The notes below the pieces were generated by a model. The model saw only the letters and a list, made by a program, of their open reading frames with translations, had not been told where the DNA came from and ran no database searches. Of a stretch of DNA of 38,309 nucleotides, positions 34,474 through 38,309 are shown in pieces (the stretch's first letter is position 1; the number at the start of each line of letters is the position of its first letter). Made by a program: the position numbers and the translations under genes. Origin of the DNA: a virus; the IMG/VR virus record IMGVR_UViG_3300028024_000001, positions 1-38,309 of that record, one strand, 5' to 3'.

Positions 34474-35364
34474 ATGAACACGGCAGTCAACGACAGCATC
34501 ACCGCCGCATTTGTCCAGCAGTTTGCGGACACTTACATGATGGTCGCGCAGCAGAAAGAGTCGCGACTTCAGGCAACCGTCACCGACGTTGGTGGCGTAA
34601 CCGGCACTTCTTTCACCGCGAACAACATCGCCGCGACCCAGGCCAATCAGGTGACCAGCCGTCTCGGCGACACCGAATGGTCGGACAACGCGAACGATAC
34701 GCGCGTGATCATGATGGGCGATTGGGACTGGGCGACGCCCGTCGATACGTTCGACGTTCCGAAGCTGAAGGCCAACCCCGGCGGCACGTACACGCAGAAC
34801 GGCGTGGCCGCGATGAATCGCGCGAAGGATGCTGTGATCTACAACGCGGCGCTGAATGCATCGATCACGCGCGCTGCTGAAGCAACGCCGTACGGCACGA
34901 TCGCGCTTCCGTCGAGCCAGAAAATCGTGGACGGCGGCACCGGCATGACGAAGGCCAAGCTGATCACCTGCAAGAAGCTGTTCCGCAAGGCCGAGGCCGA
35001 CGAACAGAACGGCGAAGAACTGTACATGCTGTACGACGCCGAAATGCTCGAGGACATCCTGAGCGACACGACGCTGACGTCGGCAGACTTCATGGCCGTG
35101 CAGATGCTGCAGGACGGCAAGCTGTCCGGCAAGTGGCTCGGCTTCAACTGGATTCCGTACGAAGCCCTGAAGACGGTCAGCACGGTAAAGACCACGGTCG
35201 CGTACACGAAGACGGGCATCCAGTTCGGCACCGGCATGAACCGCGTTGTCGATATCGGCCCGCGCCGCGACAAGAAGAACGCGACGCAGATCTACATCCA
35301 GGAGTCGTACGGCGCTGGCCGAATCCAGGAAAACAAGGTCGTCACCATCGACTACCAGTTCTGA
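34474..35364 (+). CDS. Major capsid protein (296 aa)
   Basis: GGGAG RBS, very high GC3, and position after scaffold. The listed ORF start at 34399 has no RBS. Confidence 0.8.
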   Translation: MNTAVNDSITAAFVQQFADTYMMVAQQKESRLQATVTDVGGVTGTSFTANNIAATQANQVTSRLGDTEWSDNANDTRVIMMGDWDWATPVDTFDVPKLKANPGGTYTQNGVAAMNRAKDAVIYNAALNASITRAAEATPYGTIALPSSQKIVDGGTGMTKAKLITCKKLFRKAEADEQNGEELYMLYDAEMLEDILSDTTLTSADFMAVQMLQDGKLSGKWLGFNWIPYEALKTVSTVKTTVAYTKTGIQFGTGMNRVVDIGPRRDKKNATQIYIQESYGAGRIQENKVVTIDYQF

Positions 35365-35373
35365 TCGTGATGT

Positions 35374-35397
35374 GGGGAGCGGCGTAACACCGCCCCC
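35374..35397 (+). other. GC-rich hairpin after the capsid gene, with no U-tract
   Basis: GGGG(A)GCGG-CGTAACA-CCGCCCCC. It could be an attenuator or an mRNA-stability element. Confidence 0.35.
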
Positions 35398-35432
35398 CTG
35401 TCCGTCTAAACACAGATTCAGGAGCACACATC

Positions 35433-35894
35433 ATGGCAGAAGCAAACTCGGTACAGATGGCGAAGGTTCTCGCGAGCCCGCCGGTCAAGCTTCAACCGAA
35501 CGAGCGCAATGGTCGCGCGCGGATCATGTTCGGCACGATCACCTCGATCTCCGGCCAGATCGGCGACACGATCTATTTCGGCCGCGTTCCTCAGGGCGCG
35601 CGCATCACCGGCTGTTGGCTGAACACCGCGGCCGGCACGGCGAGTTCGACTCTCTCGCTGGGTCTGCGCAAGGCGTCCGACAAGACCGTGATCGATGCAG
35701 TAGGGCTCGCTGCGGCGACCTCCATCGCGGCGGCGCAGAAGACCGACACCATCGGCACCGGCAATCTGACGAAGAACGGCCAGTCGTACGTGACGCAGCA
35801 GGAAGTGGATGTGTACGGCACGATCGCTGGCGCGGTGACGCCGGTGAGCCCCGGTCAGGTGATCTCGGTAACCGTCGACTACGTGATCGACTGA
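35433..35894 (+). CDS. Putative head decoration/cement protein (153 aa)
   Basis: Strong RBS AGGAGC, beta-rich sequence, and position directly after the capsid gene. Confidence 0.45.
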   Translation: MAEANSVQMAKVLASPPVKLQPNERNGRARIMFGTITSISGQIGDTIYFGRVPQGARITGCWLNTAAGTASSTLSLGLRKASDKTVIDAVGLAAATSIAAAQKTDTIGTGNLTKNGQSYVTQQEVDVYGTIAGAVTPVSPGQVISVTVDYVID

Positions 35895-35926
35895 CGGGCG
35901 TCTGCCCGGCTAGATTGTTTGAAGTC

Positions 35927-35960
35927 ATGCCGGGGGTTCGCGCTCCCGGCATTTTTGTTT
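35927..35960 (+). terminator. Rho-independent terminator after the decoration gene
   Basis: ATGCCGGG, a 10-nt loop, CCCGGCAT, then TTTTGTTT. Confidence 0.7.
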
Positions 35961-35971
35961 GAGGCGACGCA

Positions 35972-36562
35972 ATGACTAGCAGCGTATCGATCTGTTCGAA
36001 TGCACTTTTGCGACTCGGCGACTCGGCGATTTCGTCGTTTCAGGACCCCTCGAAGCGTGCTACGACTTGCGCCAATCTGTATCCGGAAGTACGAGATGCA
36101 ATGCTGCGCTCGCATCCTTGGAACTGTGCGACGAAGCGCGTGGTGCTCGCGCCACTCACTGAGGCGCCCGCGTTCGATTATCAGTATCAGTTCCAGTTGC
36201 CAGACGACTGGCTTAGAAGCATCCAGATCGGCCTACTTGGCTGCCCATTGAAATACACGATCGAGGGCCAGCGAATCCTCGCCAATGTTCAGGCACTGCA
36301 ACTCGTCTACATCTACCGCAATACAGTAGAGCAGTCGTGGGACTCGACGCTGGTCGATGTGGTCACGGCGGCGATGACTGCCGTTCTGGCGTATCCGATC
36401 ACGCAGTCTGCGTCCGAGGAACAGCTCAAGCAGGCGCTTCTCGTCCAGACGCTGAAGCAGGCAAAGGCTATAAATGGCCAGGATGATGACGAGGAAACGC
36501 TCGGCGACTTCCCGCTGCTCGCCGGACGCATGTCGAGCTACTCGCGCGCGCCGGGGCGGTGA
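35972..36562 (+). CDS. Tail tubular protein A (T7 gp11-like, 196 aa)
   Basis: The N-terminus ICSNALLRLGDSAISSF is typical of gp11-like adaptors. Lies upstream of tail tubular B. Confidence 0.7.
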   Translation: MTSSVSICSNALLRLGDSAISSFQDPSKRATTCANLYPEVRDAMLRSHPWNCATKRVVLAPLTEAPAFDYQYQFQLPDDWLRSIQIGLLGCPLKYTIEGQRILANVQALQLVYIYRNTVEQSWDSTLVDVVTAAMTAVLAYPITQSASEEQLKQALLVQTLKQAKAINGQDDDEETLGDFPLLAGRMSSYSRAPGR

Positions 36563-36565
36563 TCC

Positions 36566-38309
36566 ATGGCGAAGCTAACCACGATCCAGTCCAATTTCAA
36601 CGCCGGCGAGCTGTCGCCGGATCTGGCTGGGCACATTGATCTGGACCGCTATCAGAACGGCGCGAAGACGATTCTGAATGCCGTGCCGCAGGTGCAGGGC
36701 GGAGTGCAGCGCCGCGGCGGATTCCGCCAGATCGCGCGAACAAAAACGACGGGCGTGACACGCCTGATCCCGTTCGTGTTCAGCAAGTCGCAGGCTTATG
36801 AGATCGAGTTTGGCGATTCGTACGCACGCTTTTACACGGCCGCCGGTCGGATCGAGACGGGTGGCACGCCCATAGAAATCCCGACGCCATGGACGGCGGA
36901 CAAGCTTTTCTCGGTGGAATACACCCAGGGCAGCGACACGATGTTTGTGGCGCATCCGTCCTCGCCGATCAAGCGGATTGTTCGCATGAGTCAGGCCGCA
37001 TGGTCGATCGGTGATGCGCCATTCGACCCCGCGCCAATCGACGAAATAGGGAAGCGGCAGAATAGCCCGCTGACCTTGTCCGGCACGACGGTGGGGGCGA
37101 CGATATCCGTCTTTTCGGCGGGCGGTGGATTTCTATCGAGCGACGTCGGGCGGAATATTGTGGCCGGCCCCGGCATTGCGCAGATTACCGGGGTTGCAAG
37201 CTCAACCAACGCGACGGCCGTGGTGACTGCAGAATTCGACAGCGCGAGCTTTGCGGCGCTTGCGTGGAAGGTTGACCAGTCGCCGCGCGTGGCGGTCACG
37301 CCATCCAATTCCGGCCCGCTCAATGGTTCGATCACGCTCACGGCTGATGGTCCAGCGACAGGTGTCAATGTGGCATCGCTCACCGGCACGTCGATGGCGA
37401 TCACCACGTCGACTAACCACGGCTACTCGGTTGGCCAGACGGTCGTGCTGTCAGGATTTGAGTCTGCCGGGCTCGACGGCACGTATGTAATCGTCAGCGT
37501 GCCGTCGGCGAACGTCTTCACGTTCACGTTCAATGGCTCGCTTCTGGCTGGCGGCACGCTGGGCTTCGTCTATGCGTTCGCCGCTGGCGATGCGTTTCGC
37601 AATGAGGACGTCGGCAGCTACGTCGCGATCAATGGCGGGCTGGTGCTGATCACTGGCGTGAGCCAGTTCAACAAGGCTTTCGGGCTGATCATCAAGACGC
37701 TGACGGGCACGGTCACGGCACCTATCGATAGCTGGAGCCTGAAAACTGCGGTGTGGAATTCGGTGGATGGCTATCCGCGCGCCGTCAGCCGGTATCAGCA
37801 GCGGCTGTACGCCGCCGGCACCACCGGTTTCCCGCAGACGATCTGGGCGAGTTCGACGGGTCTTTATTACGACTTCACGCCCGGCACGGATGACGGTGAC
37901 TCGTTCTCGTATGCCGCCGACTCCGACCAGGTGAGTGAAATCGAACACCTGACGTCAGCCGGCATTCTGGCCGTGCTCGCCGAGGGCGAGGAATTTGTGA
38001 TCAGCGCCGGCACCGGGAACAGTGTCACGCCAACCAATATCAGTTTCCAGAGCCAGTCCGTGAACGGTAGCGCCGCGGTGCGGCCGGTGCGCGTCGGCAA
38101 TGAAATCGTGTACGTGCAGCGGGCTGCGAAAAAGGTCCGCGCAATGACGTACGACTTCAATACCAATTCCTTCCGGTCGCAAAACCTGACGCGCCTCGCC
38201 GCGCACATCTCCGGATCTGGCTTCGTGGACATGGCGTTTCAGGCTGAGCCGACGCCGGTGGTGTGGATGGTTCGTGCGGATGGCGTGCTGGTGAGCATGA
38301 CCTATGACC
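36566..38309 (+). CDS. Tail tubular protein B (T7 gp12-like), 5' part; runs off the window and continues at base 128
   Basis: There is no stop codon to the end of the window, and the frame matches bases 1-789. Contains an E1-FCCH-like insertion HGYSVGQTVVLSGFESAGLDGTYVIVSV. Confidence 0.8.
   Translation, partial: MAKLTTIQSNFNAGELSPDLAGHIDLDRYQNGAKTILNAVPQVQGGVQRRGGFRQIARTKTTGVTRLIPFVFSKSQAYEIEFGDSYARFYTAAGRIETGGTPIEIPTPWTADKLFSVEYTQGSDTMFVAHPSSPIKRIVRMSQAAWSIGDAPFDPAPIDEIGKRQNSPLTLSGTTVGATISVFSAGGGFLSSDVGRNIVAGPGIAQITGVASSTNATAVVTAEFDSASFAALAWKVDQSPRVAVTPSNSGPLNGSITLTADGPATGVNVASLTGTSMAITTSTNHGYSVGQTVVLSGFESAGLDGTYVIVSVPSANVFTFTFNGSLLAGGTLGFVYAFAAGDAFRNEDVGSYVAINGGLVLITGVSQFNKAFGLIIKTLTGTVTAPIDSWSLKTAVWNSVDGYPRAVSRYQQRLYAAGTTGFPQTIWASSTGLYYDFTPGTDDGDSFSYAADSDQVSEIEHLTSAGILAVLAEGEEFVISAGTGNSVTPTNISFQSQSVNGSAAVRPVRVGNEIVYVQRAAKKVRAMTYDFNTNSFRSQNLTRLAAHISGSGFVDMAFQAEPTPVVWMVRADGVLVSMTYD
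38183..38309. repeat. Second copy of the 127-bp terminal duplication
   Basis: Identical to bases 1-127. Confidence 0.95.

Overview
The window is a complete, circularly closed genome of a temperate, high-GC podovirus or excised prophage. Bases 1-127 are identical to 38183-38309, so the unique length is about 38,182 bp, and the repeat cuts one structural gene in two. Codon usage looks Burkholderia-like; that host guess is inference only.

The genome has four modules:

1. A T7/phiKMV-like virion module on the + strand. In order it holds portal, scaffold, major capsid, decoration protein, tail tubular A and B, a GNAT, four internal virion (ejection) proteins of which one carries an SLT lytic transglycosylase domain, small and large terminase, and a beta-helix tailspike.
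2. A lysis cassette: holin, GH108 endolysin and a second 3TM holin-like protein, with no recognisable spanin. It is followed by a signal-peptide glycine-rich protein and a small convergent gene next to the putative attP.
3. A leftward lysogeny/early arm on the - strand: tyrosine integrase, excisionase, ASCH protein, HNH-AP2 homing endonuclease, C5 cytosine methyltransferase, and six tiny translationally coupled ORFs.
4. A lambdoid immunity switch (cI-like gene leftward, cro-like gene rightward, shared 14-bp palindromic operators), followed by a rightward early/replication operon with iterons inside the replication gene.

No phage RNA polymerase, DNA polymerase, tRNA, CRISPR array or reverse transcriptase was seen.

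The most unusual signal is in the methyltransferase gene. A second ORF of about 1.07 kb lies in the +1 frame on the same strand. It has its own periodic protein motif (4x SWPTP followed by [10 protein letters not shown]), while the annotated frame keeps canonical C5-MTase motifs at both ends. This suggests dual coding or recoding.

Other notable items:
- A perfect 19-bp hairpin-containing motif sits ahead of both late transcription units.
- A lower-GC SGNH-esterase cassette is inserted between portal and scaffold.
- The repressor lacks an S24 autocleavage domain.
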